The translations under genes and the position numbers were made by a program. The notes below the pieces were generated by a model. It made no database searches. It worked only from the letters and a program-made list of their open reading frames with translations, and had not been told where the DNA came from. A stretch of 64,000 bases of DNA, taken from assembly GCF_018350175.1 (NCBI RefSeq), contig NC_058368.1, positions 88,228,001 through 88,292,000 of the forward strand, read 5' to 3'. Shown here one piece after another: positions 36,666 to 49,844 of this stretch. The number at the start of each line of letters is the position of its first letter. Positions within the stretch are counted from its first letter, which is position 1. This DNA comes from Felis catus. Taxonomy: Eukaryota.

Positions 36666-37869
36666 GGAATTTATCCATTTCTTCCAGGTTGTCCAATTTG
36701 TAGGCGTATAGTTTTTCATAATATTCTCTTATAATTGTTTGTATTTCTGTGTTTTTGGTTATTTCTCTGTCTCATTTATGATTTTATTTATTTGAGTCCT
36801 TTCTCTTTCCTTTTTGATGAGTCTGGCTAGAATTTTATTGATTTTATTAATTTTTTGAAAGAACGAGCTTCTGGATTCATAGATCAATATATTCTTTTTT
36901 TTTTTTTAGTCTATGTATCATGTATTTATGCTCTTTATTATTTACCTTCTTCTGATGGCTTTAGACTATGTTGTTCTTTTTCTATCTCCTTTATGTGTAA
37001 GGTTAGATTTTGTATTTGAGATTTTTGTTCCTCAAGGCAGGCCTGTATTGTGAAATACTTCCCTCATAGGACTGCCTTTGTTGACTAAAGGGTTTTGGGC
37101 CATCGTCTTTTCATTTTCATTTATTTCCCTGTTTTATTTTTTTACTTTTTTCAATTTCTTGTTTGATTTCCTGGATGACCCATTCATTATTTAGTAGCAT
37201 GTTGTTCAGACTCCATGTATTTGTGGCCTTTCCAGAATTTTTCTTTCTGGTTGTGTTCAAGTTTCATAGTGTTGTGGTCAGAAAAGGTGCGTGTTAGGAT
37301 CTCAATCTTTTTGTATTTGTTGAGGGCTGATTTATGATCTAGTATGGGATCTTTTCTGGAGAATGTCCTATGTGCACTTGAAAATTATGTGTATTTTGCT
37401 ACTTTAGGATGGAATCTTTTGAATATATCTGTTAAATCCATCTGGTCCAGTGTGTCATTCAAAGCCATTGTTTCCTTATTGATTTTCTGCTTAGATGATC
37501 TGTCCATTGTTGTAAGTGGGGAGTTAAAGTCTCCTACTATTACTGTACTATTATCAATGAGTTCCTTTATGTTCGTTATTAATTGATTTATATACTTGGG
37601 TGCTTTCAAGTTGGGAGTGTAAATATTTATAATTGTTATATCTTCTTATTGGATCATCCCCTTTGTGATATAGTGTCCTTCTTCTCTTCTTCTTCCTCTT
37701 CTTCTTCTGTTCCCATTGGTGTTGTTTTTGTAGTTGTAAGAACAAGGAAAGACTTTCTTTTTTAAATTTTTATTTATGCTAGTTAGTTAACATATAGTGT
37801 GATATTGTTTTCAGAAGTAGAATTTAGTGATTCATTACTTACATACAACACTCAGTTCTTAATATGACA

Positions 37870-38069
37870 TCTTTTTTTTTTAAGATTACTTTGTATTTTG
37901 AGAGTGAGGGGGAGAGGGGCAAAAAGAAAGGGAGAGAGAGAATCCCAAGCAGGTTCCATGCTGTCAGAACTGAGCCCAAATGAGGCTCAAACTCACAAAC
38001 AGCGAAACCATGACCTGAGCTGAAATCAAGTGTCAAATTCTTAACTAAACTGAGCCACCCAGGTGCTCC
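37870..38069 (-). mobile_element. Can-SINE (older subfamily)
   Basis: gagagaatcccaagcaggttccatgctgtcag...tgagccacccaggtgctcc. Confidence 0.9.
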
Positions 38070-39085
38070 ACGACTTCTTTGTTTTAAAGTCTAGTTTGTC
38101 CAATATAAGTATTGCTACTCTGGCTTTCTTTTGATGTCCATTTGCATGATAAGTATTTCTCCATTCCCTTACTTTCAATCTGCAGGTGTCTTTAGGTCCA
38201 AAATGAGTCTCTTGTAGGCAGCATATAGATGGGTCTTGTTTTTCAATCCATTCTGTAACCTTAGGTCTTTTGATTGGAGGATTTAGCCCATTTACATTCC
38301 AAATAATTATTGATATATATGTAATAATGCCTTTTTATTATTTTTGTCACTGTTTCTGGAGATTTTTTGTTGTTGCTTTGTTTCTTTTGGTCTTTTCTTT
38401 CCACTCAAAGAGTCCCCTTTAATATTTTTTGCAGGGTTGGTTTAGTGGTCACAAACTTCTTTAGTTTTTGTTTGTCTGGGAAACTCTTTGTCTCTCCTTC
38501 TATTCTCAATGAGAGCCTTGCTAGATAGAATATTCTTGGCTGCAGATTTTCCCCCATTCAGCATGTTGAATATGTCATGATACTGCCTTCTGTTTCGCCA
38601 AGCCTCTGTTCAGAAATCTCCAGCTAGGCTTATGAGTCTTCTCTTGTAAGTTAATGACTTCTTTTGTCTTGCTGCTTTTGACATTTTTTTCTTTATCACT
38701 ATATTTCACCAACTCGATTACAGTATGTCTTGGTGTTAGCATGCTCTTGTTGATTTTGATGGAGTTCTCTCTGCTTCCTGGATCTGGATGTCTGTGTCCT
38801 CCCCCAGATTAAGGAAGTTTTCAACTATTATTTCTTATTTTATTTTATTTTATTTTAATTTTCTACTATATGAAATTTATTGTCAAATTGGTTTCCATAC
38901 AACACCCAGTGCTCATCCCAAAAGGTGCCCTCCTCAATATCCTACACCCATACTCCCCTCCCTCCTATCCTCTATCAACCCTCAGTTTGTTCTCAGTTTT
39001 TATGAGTCTCTTATGCTTTGGCTCTCTCCCACTCTAACCTCTTTTTTTTTTCCTTCCCCTCCCCCATGGGTTCCTGTTAAGTTTC

Positions 39086-42000
39086 TCAGGATCCACATAA
39101 GAGAGAACACATATGGTATCTGTCTTTCTCTGTATGGCTTATTTCACTTACCATAACACTCTCCAGTTCCATCCACGTTGCTACAAAGGGCCATAGTTCA
39201 TTCTTTCTCATTGCCACGTAGTACTCCATTATGTATATAAACCACAATTTCTTTATCCATTCATCAGACATTTAGGCTCTTTCCACAATTTGGCTATTGT
39301 TGAGAGTGCTGCTATAAACATTGGGGTACAAGTGCCCCTAGGCATCAGTACTCCTGTATCCCTTGGGTAAATTCCTAGCAGTGCTACTGCTGGGTCATAG
39401 GGTAGGTCTATTTTTAATTTTTTGAGGAACCTCCACACTGTTTTCCAGAGCGGCTGGACCAGTTTGCATTCCCACCAACAGTGCAAGAGGGTTCCCGTTT
39501 CTCCACATCCTCGCCAGCATCTATAGTCTCCTGATTTGTTCATTTTGGCCACTCTGACTGGTGTGAGGTGATATCTGAGTGTGGCTTTGATTTGTATTTC
39601 CCTGATGAGGAGCAACGTTGAGCATCTTTTCATGTGCCTGTTGGCCATCCAGATGTCTTCTTTAGAGAAGTGTCTATTCATGTTTTCTGCCCATTTCTTC
39701 TCTGGATTATTTGTTTTTCAGGTGTGGAGTTTGGCGAACTCTTTATAGATTTTGGATACTAGCCCTTTGTCCGATATGTCATTTGCAAATATCTTTTCCA
39801 TTCTGTTGGTTGCCTTTTAGTTTTGTTGGTTGTTTCCTTTGCTGTGCAGAAGCTTTTTATCTTCATGAGGTCCCAATAGTTCATTTTTGCTTTTAATTCC
39901 CTTGCCTTTGGGGGATGTGTCAAGTAAGAAATTGCTATGGCTGAGGTCAGAAAGGTCTTTTCCTGCTTTCTCCTCTAGGGTTTTGATGGTTTCCTGTCTC
40001 ACATTCAGGTCCTTTATCCATTTTGAGTTTATTTTTGTGAATGGTGTGAGAAAGTGGTCTAGTTTCAATCTTCTGCATGTTGCTGTCCAGTTCTCCCAGC
40101 ACCATTTGTTAAAGAGACTGTCTTTTTCCCATTGGATATTCTTTCCTGCTTTGTTAAAGATTAGTTGGCCATACTTTTGTGGGTCTAGTTCTGGGATTTC
40201 TATTCTATTCCATTGGTCTATGTGTCTGTTTTTGTGCCAATACCATGCTGTCTTGATGATGACAGATTTGTAGTAGAGGCTAAAGTCTGGGATTGTGATA
40301 CCTCCTGCTTTGGTCTTCAAAATTGCTTTGGCTATTCAGGGCCTTTTGTGGTTCCATACGAATTTTTGAATTGCTTGCTCTAGCTTTGAGAAGAATGCTC
40401 ATGCAGTTTTGATTGGGATTGCATTGAATGTGTAGTATTGACATTTTGACAATATTTATTCTTCCAATCCATGAGCACGGAATGTATTTCCATTTCTTTG
40501 TATCTTCTTCAATTTCCTTCATAAACTTTCTATAGTTTTCAGCATACAGATCTTTTACATCTTTGGTTAGATTTATTCCTAGGTATTTTATGCTTCTTGG
40601 TGCAATTGTGAATGGGATCAGTTTCTTTATTTGTCTTTCTGTTGCTTCATTGTTAGTGTATAAGAATGCAACTGACTTCTGTACATTGATTTTGTATCCT
40701 GCAACTTTGCTGGATTCATGTATCAGTTCTATCAGACTTTTGGTGGAGACTATCGGATTTTCCATGTATAGTATGTCATCTGCAAAAAGTGAAAGGTTAA
40801 CTTCATCTTTGCCAATTTTGATGCCTTTGATTTCCTTTTGTTGTCTGATTGCTGATGCTAGCACTTCCAACACTATGTTAAACAAGAGCAGTGAGAGTGG
40901 ACATCCCTGTCATGTTCCTGATCTCAGGGAGAAAGCCCTCACTTCTTCCCCATTGAGGATGATGTTAGCTGTGGGCTTTTCATAAATGGCTTTTATGATG
41001 TTTAAGTATGTTCCTTCTATCCCGACTTTCTTGAGGGTTTTTATTAAAAAAAGATGCTGAGTTTGGTCAAATGCTTTTTCTGCATCGATTGACAGGATCA
41101 TATGATTATCTTTTCTTTTATTAATGTGATGTATCACATTGATTGATTTGCGAGTGTTGAACCAGCCCTGCATCCCAGGAATGAATCCCACTTGATCATG
41201 GTGAATAATTCTTTTTATATGTTGTTGAATTCGATTGGCTAGTATCTTACGGAGAATTTTTGCATCCATATTCATCAGAGATATTGGTCTGTAATTCTAT
41301 TTTTTTACTGGGTCTCTGTCTGGTTTAGGAATCAAAGTAATACTGGCTTCATAGAATGAGTCTGAAAGTTTTCCTTCCCTTTCAATTTTTTGGGATTGCT
41401 TGAGAAGGATAGGTATTATCTCTGCTTTAAATGTCTGGTAGAACTCCCCTGGGAAGCCATGTGGTCCTGGACTTTTATTTGTTGGGAGATTTTTGATGAC
41501 TGATTCAATTTCTTTACTGGTTATGGGTCTGTTCAGGCTTTCTATTTCCTCCTGATTGAGTTTTGGAAGAGGGTGGGTGTTTAGGAATTTGTCCATTTCT
41601 TCCAGGTTGTCCAGTTTTTGGCATATAGTTTTTCATAGTATTCCCTGATAATTGTTTGTATCTCTGAGGGATTGGTTGTAATAATTCCATATTCATTCAT
41701 GATTTTATCTATTTGGGTCATCTCCCTTTTCTTTTTGAGAAGCCTGGCTATAGGTTTGTCAATTTTGTTTATTTTTTCAAAAAACCAAATCTTGGTTTCA
41801 TTGATCTGCTCTACAGTTTTTTTAGATTATGTATTGTTTATTTCTGCTCTAATCTTTATTATTTCTCTTCTGCTGGGTTTAGGGTGTCTTTGCTGTTCTG
41901 CTTCTATTTCTTTTAGGTGTGCTGTTAGATTTTATATTTGGGATTTTTCTTGTTTCTTGAGATAGGCCTGGATTGCAATGTATTTTCCTCTCAGGACTGC

Positions 42001-42872
42001 CTTCGCTGCATCCCAAAGCGTTTGGATTGTTGTATTTTTATTTTCGTTTGTTTTCATATATTTTTAAATTTCTTCTCTAATTGCCTGGTTGACCCATTCA
42101 TTTTTAGTAGGGTGTTCTTTAACCTCCATGCTTTTGGAGGTTTTCCAGACTTTTTCTTGTTGTTGATTTCAAGCTTCATAGCATGGTGGTCTGGAAGTAT
42201 GCATGGTATGATCTCAATTCTTCTACTCTTATTAAGGGCTGTTTTGTGACCCAGTATGTGATCTGTCTTGGAGAATGTTCCATGTGCACTTGAGAAGAAA
42301 GTATATTCTGTTGCTTTGGGATGCAGAGTTCTAAATATATCTGTCAAGTCCATCTGATCCATTGTATCATTCAGGGCCCTTGTTTCTTTATTGACCATGT
42401 GTCTAGATGATCTATTCATTGTTGTAAGTGGGGTGTTAAAGTCCCTTGCAATTACCACATTCTTATCAACAAGGTTGCTTATGTTTGTGAGTAATTGTTT
42501 CATATATTTGGGGGCTTCCGTATTCGGTGCATAGACATTTATAACTGTTAGCTCTTCCTGATGGATAGACCCTGTAATTATTATATAATGCCCTTCTTCA
42601 TCTCTTGTTACAGCCTTTAGTTTAAAGTCTAGTTTGTCTGCTATAAGTATGACTACTCCAGCTTTCTTTTGACTTCCAGTAGCATGATAAATAGTTCTCC
42701 ATCCCCTCACTTTCAATCTGAAGGTGTCCTCAGGTCTAAAATGAGTCTCTTGTAGACAGCAAATAGATCGGTCTTGTTTTTTTATCCATTCTGATACCCT
42801 ATGTCTTTTGGTTGACGCATTTAATCCATTTACATTCAGTGTTATTATAGAAAGATATGGGTTTAGAGTCAT
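39086..42872 (-). pseudogene. L1 ORF2 (endonuclease/reverse transcriptase), frameshifted
   Basis: MTLNPYLSIITLNVNGLN...CCLQETH (EN), LFADD (RT) and a C-terminal ...CGS*; split over at least seven ORF fragments. Confidence 0.95.
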
Positions 42873-42922
42873 TGGGATGTCTGTAGGTTTCATGCTTGTA
42901 GCTATGTCTCTGGTACTTTGTC

Positions 42923-43815
42923 TCACAGGATCCCCCTTAGGATCTCTTGTAGGGCTGGTTTAGCAGTGATGAATTCCTTCAGTTTTTGTTTGTTTGGGAA
43001 GACCTTTATCTCTCCTTTTATTCTAAATGACAGACTTGCTGGATAAAGGATTCTCGGCTGCATATTTTTTTCTGTTCATCACATGGACGATTTCCTGCCA
43101 TTCCTTTCTGGCCTGCCAAGTTTCAGTAGAGAGATCGGTCACGAGTCTTATCAGTCTCCCTTTATATGTTAGAGCACGTTTATCCCTAGCTGCTTTCAGA
43201 ATTTTGTCTTTATCCTTGTATTTTGCCAGTTTCACTATGATATGTCATGCAGAAGGTCGATTCAAGTTACCTCTGAAGGGAGTTCTCTGTGCGTCTTGGA
43301 TTTCAATGCCTTTTTCCTTCCCCAGAACAGGGAAGTTCTCAGCTATTATTTCTTCAAGTACACCTTCAGCACCTTTCCCTCTCTCTTCCTCCTCTGGAAT
43401 ACCAATTATGCGTAGATTATTTCTCTTTAGTGCATCACTTAGTTTTCTAATTTTCCCCTCATACTCCTGGATTTTTTTTATCTCTCTTTTTCTCAGCTTC
43501 CTCTTTTTCCAAAATTTTATCTTCTAGTTCACCTATTCTCTCCTCTGCCTCTTTAATCTGAGCCGTGGTAGTCTACATTTATTTTGCAGATCATTTATAG
43601 CATTTTTTAGCTCCTTCTGGCTGTTCCTTTGTCCCTTGATCTCTGTAGCAATAGTTTCTCTGATGTCCTCTATACTGTTTTCAAGCCCAGTGATTAATTT
43701 TATGACTATTATTCTAAATTCACTTTCTGTTATATTGTAAATCCTTTTTGATCAGTTTGTTAACTGTCACTATTTCCTGGAGATTTTTTGGGGGGGAATT
43801 TTTCCGTTTCATCAT
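42923..43815 (-). pseudogene. L1 ORF1 (RNA-binding protein), frameshifted
   Basis: ATG at 43815 (MMKRKNSPPKNLQE...) with an early frameshift; KILKAARDKRALTYKGRLIRLVTDLSTETWQARKEW fragment; stop TGA at 42923-42925. Confidence 0.9.
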
Positions 43816-45509
43816 TTTGGATAGTCCCTGGAGTGGTGCGGCACTTCAGGGCACTTCTCCTGTGCTGTCTTGAATAACTTGCATTGGTGGGTGGGGCCAC
43901 AGTCAGACCTGATGTCTGCCCCCAGCCCACCAATGGGGCCACAGTCAGACTGGTGTGTACCTTCTCTTCCCCTCTCCTGGGGGCGGGATTCACCATGGGG
44001 TGGCATGGCCCATGTGGGCTACTTGCACACTGCCAGGCTTGTGGTGCTGGGGATCTGGCGTATTAGCTGGGGTGGATCGGCAAGGTGCACAGGGGCGGGA
44101 GGGGCAGGCTCAGCTCGCTTTTCCTTCAGTGATCCACTTTGGGAGGGGCCCTGAGGCACCGGGAGGAAGTCAGACCCACTGCTGGAGGGATGGATCCACA
44201 GAAGCACAGCATTGGGTGTTTGTGCGGTGCAAGCAAGTTCCCTGACAAGAACTGATTCCCTTTGGGATTTTGGCTGGGGGGTGGGTAAGGAGATGGCACT
44301 GGTGAGTGCCTTTGTTCCCCACCAAGCTGACCTCTGTCGTCAGGGGCTCAACAACTCTCCCTCCCGTTGTCCTCCAGCCCTCCCGCTCTTGGAGCAGAGC
44401 TGTTAACTTATAACCTTCCAGATGTTAAGTCCTGCTTGCTGTCAGAACACACTCCATCCGGCCCCTCCGCTTTTGCAAGCCAGACTCAGGGCCTCCACTT
44501 TGCCAGCAGGCTGCCCCTCCACCCCCACTCCCTCCCTCCAGTCTGTGTAAAGCGCACTGCCTCTCCACCCTTCCTACCCTCTTCCATGGGCCTCTCATCT
44601 ATGCTTGGCTCCAGAGAATCCGTTCTGCTAGTCTTCTGGTGGTTTTCTGGGTTATTTAGGCAGGTGTGGGTGGAATCTAAGTGATCAGCAGGACGCGGTG
44701 AGCCCAGTGTCCTCCTACGCCACCATCTTCCTCTAGCTCACTTAACTATTATTTCTTCTAATAAATTTTCTGTCCCCTTTTCTCCCTCCTCTTCTTCTGG
44801 GTCTCTTGTAATATGAATGTTATTATATTTAATGGAATCACTTAGTTCCTAAGTCTATTCTTGTGTTCCATAATTCTTCTTTCTCTCTTTTGTTCAGCTT
44901 CATTGATTTCCATTAGTGTGTTTTCTAGGTCACCAATTCATTCCTCTGCTTCTTCCAGCTTGCTGTTCACAGCATCAAGCCTGTTTCCAGTGGTATTTAT
45001 TGCACACTTCATCTCTGCTTGATTCTTTTTTTTTTTAATTATTTTATCTCTGTGGTAAGGGTCTCACTGATGTCTTCCATTCTTTCCTCAAGCCCAGTTA
45101 GTATCCTTATGTCTTTTAAATCACATAGGGAAATAAGAACTACAAACCCAAAACAGTAATACTGGCCTTCACATTTACCTGTGTGGTTACTCAGTAACCA
45201 GTAATTCTCACACAATGGAAGGTGCCATCCGGTGTCTTTCCACTCAGGTCAGAAAGGCCCCTTTAGCATTTCTTGTAAGCCACTACCCACAGCATACTCT
45301 CTCATCTTGGCTGATCTGGGAATGTCTTCATCCCTCCTTCATTATGCAGGACAGTTTTGATGGCCTTGAACTCCTAATTGACACAGTTTTTTTTTTAACT
45401 TCCAGTAATTATATCTCTTTAATTTCAAAAATTATTATTTTCAGCCATCTGTGTTTCTTTTAGCAAATCCTATCTTTGTACCTTGAGTGCTATTTTAACC
45501 TCTACTCCT

Positions 45510-45660
45510 TAAAGAGAGATATATTTATAGAGAGATTCTTAGGCAGGCTTCACACTTAGCATGGAGGCCAATGCAGAGCTCAATTCTATGGCCCTGGGAT
45601 CATGACCTCAGCTGAAATCAAAAGCTAGACGTTCAAGTGACTGAGCCACCCAGGCACCCC
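45510..45660 (-). mobile_element. Can-SINE (older, diverged)
   Basis: gggatcatgacctcagctgaaatc...tgagccacccaggcacccc. Confidence 0.88.
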
Positions 45661-46288
45661 AAATATATTTGTATAATAGTACCTATTAAATATACTTATT
45701 AAATTAAGGGCTGCTATAGTTTTTCCATTTCTTTGGATCTGAGTTCTTCTATCCATTAGATTTACTTTCTTTCATCCTATTTCCTAGCTGACTTTTGCTT
45801 GTGTACACATATTTTTCAGACTTTTGTGTGCTGAATGCTGAGCCATGCCATGATCCCAGTGTGGGAAGTGCTTGGCTCTGGCCCCATCTTGCTTGGAGAG
45901 TGACACATCCTGTTTATGTAAATCATGCCCTGCTTCCGAGCAGGAAGTACCCTTGCTGACAGAGCAGATAACTTCACTCTGTCAGTCCAGCCTGCTTCTC
46001 TCTGCCCCACATGGGCATCTTGCCCCCCTGGTCTTGGTCAGCCACCCAGCTTATCATTGATGATGCCCATCTGTTCATTCGTCTTGGGATACTTTTCCAT
46101 TTCTGAGCTGGTCAGTTATTACTTTTCTATTATGACTCTGTACGTGGATCAGAAAGGGATGGTTTCAATCCACACTCTGTCTGCCATGTGTAAGCAGAGG
46201 GCCCTCCAACCTCATTCCCCTGCTATCCCAGGAGCCTGTGGTCTGAGGAGCTCAGCCACACACACCCCTGGTCTCCAATTTTGGATTT

Positions 46289-46465
46289 AAAATATTATTT
46301 AATGTTTATTTATTTTTGAGAAACAGAGCATGAGGGGGAGAGGAGCAGAGAGAGAAGGAGACACAGAATCCAGAGCAGGCTCCACACAGCTCAAACCCAT
46401 GAACTGTGAGATCATGACCCAAGCTGAAGTCGGATGCTCAACTGATGGAGCCACCCAGGTGCCCC
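46289..46465 (-). mobile_element. Can-SINE (SINEC_Fc-like, internally deleted)
   Basis: TSD caattttggattt (46276-46288 and 46468-46480). Confidence 0.94.
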
Positions 46466-47607
46466 TACAATTTTGGATTTTTGAATGTATGGATTTATTT
46501 GGTATGAAGTGGACATTTATTAATATTGTGTTTCTCATCCAAGAGCATGTGAGGTCTCTATCTCTCATTTCACCTTCTGTGATTCTGTTAGAGCTGGAAA
46601 GTCCTCCACATAAGTGTTATATGTTTATAGCTTTATTTATCTTTATTTGTGATATTTTTAGTTGCTGCTGCAGAAAGAAATGCTTGATTTTTGAAGACTT
46701 TCTGAGAGTTCATTGAACCCATTGGCTTTCCTAGGAGGGCAGACTGTCCTCCATCTGCTGTGATGGCTGCTCCATGGCTGCCCTCCAGCCATGCCAGCCT
46801 CATCCGGGTGTGCAAAGTGCTGTGAGCACCAGCAGTGCCAGCACTATTCCAGGCTTGGTCTGCAGGGCTGCATGGGTCCTGTTCTTGGTTGGCCTGGGGC
46901 CTCTGCTGAGGAAGGACATTTCCCCGTGTGTGCCAGCTTGCCCTGGGTGCTCTTGCATCATGAATGGGTGTCAAATTGGAGCTTAGGAAAAGTCTTTCCT
47001 GTGCTGACTGGGATAATCATATGATTTTTCTCTGTTAATAAATTTATGTGTTTTCTCCTTCACTAAATGGCTAAGCAGTTCCCATGAGACCAACCTCCCT
47101 GCAGATAACAATGTAAACTTAGACAAAACATAATAACTAGCATATGAAGACTTGGAAAAGGAAACAGACTTCAAAATATCAACTTTAGATGCTATTTATA
47201 CTTTCTATCACACATGTAGCTTCTATTTAATTAATTTCTAATTAATTACCATTTCCTGTTTTAGGTATGTCTCTTGTAACAACCATGTTTTTTTTTTTTT
47301 GGTCTTTTGGATCTGTGTATTTTTACCTGCCTGACCAGCCTGAAGTTAATGGGAATATCTGGTGCCTTTAAATTTAATGCAGCTGCTGATGTGTCTGTCT
47401 ATAAGTCTATCATCTTATTTCCTGTGGTCCATTCTTCTTTCACTTTATCTTGTTCATTTTCTCCCTTTTCCAGCCTTCTTTTGGATTGGCTTTTTTTTTT
47501 AACTCTGCCACTTCCACCTATATTAATTAAAATCATACATTCTGTTTCTATTCTTTTCATTATCGTTCTTGAAATTGTATTTTATAATCTTAACTAAATA
47601 AAAAAAC

Positions 47608-47808
47608 AAAGTTTATTTTATTGTATTAAAAAAATTTAGAGAGAGAAAAAGAGTGTACATGAGTGGATGAGAAGGGGAGAGAGAGAGAATCTCAAGCAGG
47701 TGCCATGCTCAGCATGGAGCCTGACACAGGGGTCAATCCCAAAATTCTGGGATCATGACCTGAGCGAAATCAAAAGTCAAACCCTCAACTGAGACACCCA
47801 GGTGTCCC
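47608..47808 (-). mobile_element. Can-SINE (older subfamily)
   Basis: gagaatctcaagcagg...gatcatgacctgag...cacccaggtgtccc. Confidence 0.88.
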
Positions 47809-48199
47809 TGAAAGAATAAAGTTAATCAGAAATTTTACTCATCTGGGATCTCAGACCTCAAACACTGTGGCTATACCTCTTCCACCTCAATTATATACTT
47901 TGTTATGTAGTACTTTAACTCCATCTCTTCATAAACACCATCAAATGCTATTAATACCATTGTTATCATCAGTGTTCATCTACATTTGTAAAGTGCATGC
48001 TTGTAAGGTGTAGCCTGATGGAACTCTACATATGGATGTCTGCTTGTAACAGTCATTCAGGGCAAACCCAGAACCTTTTGAGCGAGAAGCCCTCCTGCTC
48101 CTTGGCAGCTCATACTCCAAGGCAGTCACTTAGCTCATCCATCACCTGATGATAGGCACTGTGTGTGAGGGTCCCAGATGTGAGCACTAGGTGGTAAGA

Positions 48200-48520
48200 A
48201 GGACACAGGGGACCATGAATGGGGATGAACATGACAGAATATTGATGGATGAATGGATGAAGAAGATGTGATCTACACATACAGGGAAATATTGCAGCCA
48301 TAAGAAAAGCAATTCTGACACTTGCAGCAACATAGACCTGAAGGACATTACGTGGGGTGAGATGTCAGAAGGTGACTACTGTGCAATCTCACTTGCATGT
48401 AGAATCTAAATACCCTGAACCCACAAACACAGGGAGCAGAACAGTGCTACTAGAGGCAGAGGTGGCAGTGGGAGACTGGGGAGATGTTCACCAAAGGGGA
48501 CAAACTTGCAGTTAGAAGTA
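48200..48520 (+). mobile_element. Old L1 3'-end fragment
   Basis: gatggatgaatggatgaagaagatgtg...gcagccataagaaa...tctcacttgcatgtagaatctaaa. Confidence 0.75.
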
Positions 48521-49844
48521 CATACAGTAAGAAAGGGATTAAAGGATCCAGGCATTATGACAAATATAAAAAGTGGTAAATAAATAAGTCAGTGAAAAAT
48601 TAAAAACAACAGAAATCCCCAAGAAGACAGGAAGACAAGGAATCAAAACAAGCAATTATTAATAAAGAATTTTCCTAAATTAAGAAATGTTTGAATTTTT
48701 ATGTAAAAATAACACACCATGAATCAATATCTACTTAGCCAGGCCAACATACCAGGAAGTCACTAATGCATAAGGGGAAAAAAGTCAGCTCATTACCAAA
48801 CTTTATGACATCAACTGCTTAGGCCATGAGAAAAAGTAGGAGCACAGATGATAGAGATAGACAAGAAAAAAAAGGACTCAGCCCCAAAACAATGTTCTCC
48901 ATACAAATATATATATGAGACATTTAAACATGACACAGATTTGGAAAAAAAAAGATTAAGGAGGACAAGTTGTGAGCATCAAATTGATTACTTGTCAAAT
49001 CAACCAGGAGAAATAACAAGACAGAATTTCAAGGTTCTGGGCTCTATGTGAGTGAGAAATAAGAAGATAGAACATGGAGGTTTTATTCCTTAACAATATG
49101 AATGCAGGTACAAATATTTTAATATGTGGTGAAGCTTATAGAGCATATAAAACATTTGGTATGTTGGCAGTAAACATATTGGGAGTGAAATGATGAGTTA
49201 CTTTATTTTCATAATGTTGTTTGTCTTCATGACCATGCTCTTAAATAATTTTGGGTAATCACCTTTCTTGTCCTTAAGACATAGTGTTCTCAGCTTTCAT
49301 GAATTATAGAGATTAAAATAAAAAGGAGGGAATGTAAACCTTGTACCCTGGTCCAAGATAGAATTTCATCCTGGCTATGGCCAGTGAGTACCCCTGGCCC
49401 TCAGGTTGTGGTATTGAAATAATGCTTTTTAGTTGGGAAACTAGGCCTTGGGGATAAAGCCTGATTCTAGGTCATGGGCAGGAAGTGTATAGTGAGCCTA
49501 AAATCTTGCTCTGCTATATAAAAGGAAACTAGCAAAGAATTACTGTGTGTTCAGGATACCAGGACCACCTACTGTAGCTCCCATGACACCAATATGTGAG
49601 ATTATGAACTTTAATGATCATAATTTCAGTGGATTGAAAAGCTTAAAATATGTTTAAATCCATGACTTAAAATAACATTTTAATACAAATTGGCTCTTAT
49701 TGTATAGTGAAAGGGAACCATCTCATTATCTCAAAACTTCTCCAGAAATACATTAAACATTGTCTTTTCTATGTAAGTGCATTGCACAGGCAGGCAGATA
49801 ATAGATGAAGGGTGTGACTCTTTAAAATGAATTATAGGGACTCT

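Larger units (their letters stand above)
38837..44743 (-). mobile_element. Full-length (~5.9 kb) felid L1, non-intact
   Basis: 5' UTR starting GAAGATGGTGGCGTAGGAGG near 44730, then ORF1, a 50-bp spacer, ORF2, 3' UTR and an (AAAAT)n tail; perfect 14-bp TSD aactattatttctt (38823-38836 and 44744-44757). Confidence 0.97.
33135..45110 (-). mobile_element. Long carnivore L1 (3' UTR, ORF2, part of ORF1), host to SINEs and a full-length L1
   Basis: ORF2 fragments 33605-37609; ORF1-like sequence at 38410-38836 continues at 44744-45110 across the nested L1. Confidence 0.9.

Noticed and set aside
38837..44743. Active, retrotransposition-competent L1
   Set aside because: ORF1 frameshifts early and ORF2 is split into many fragments
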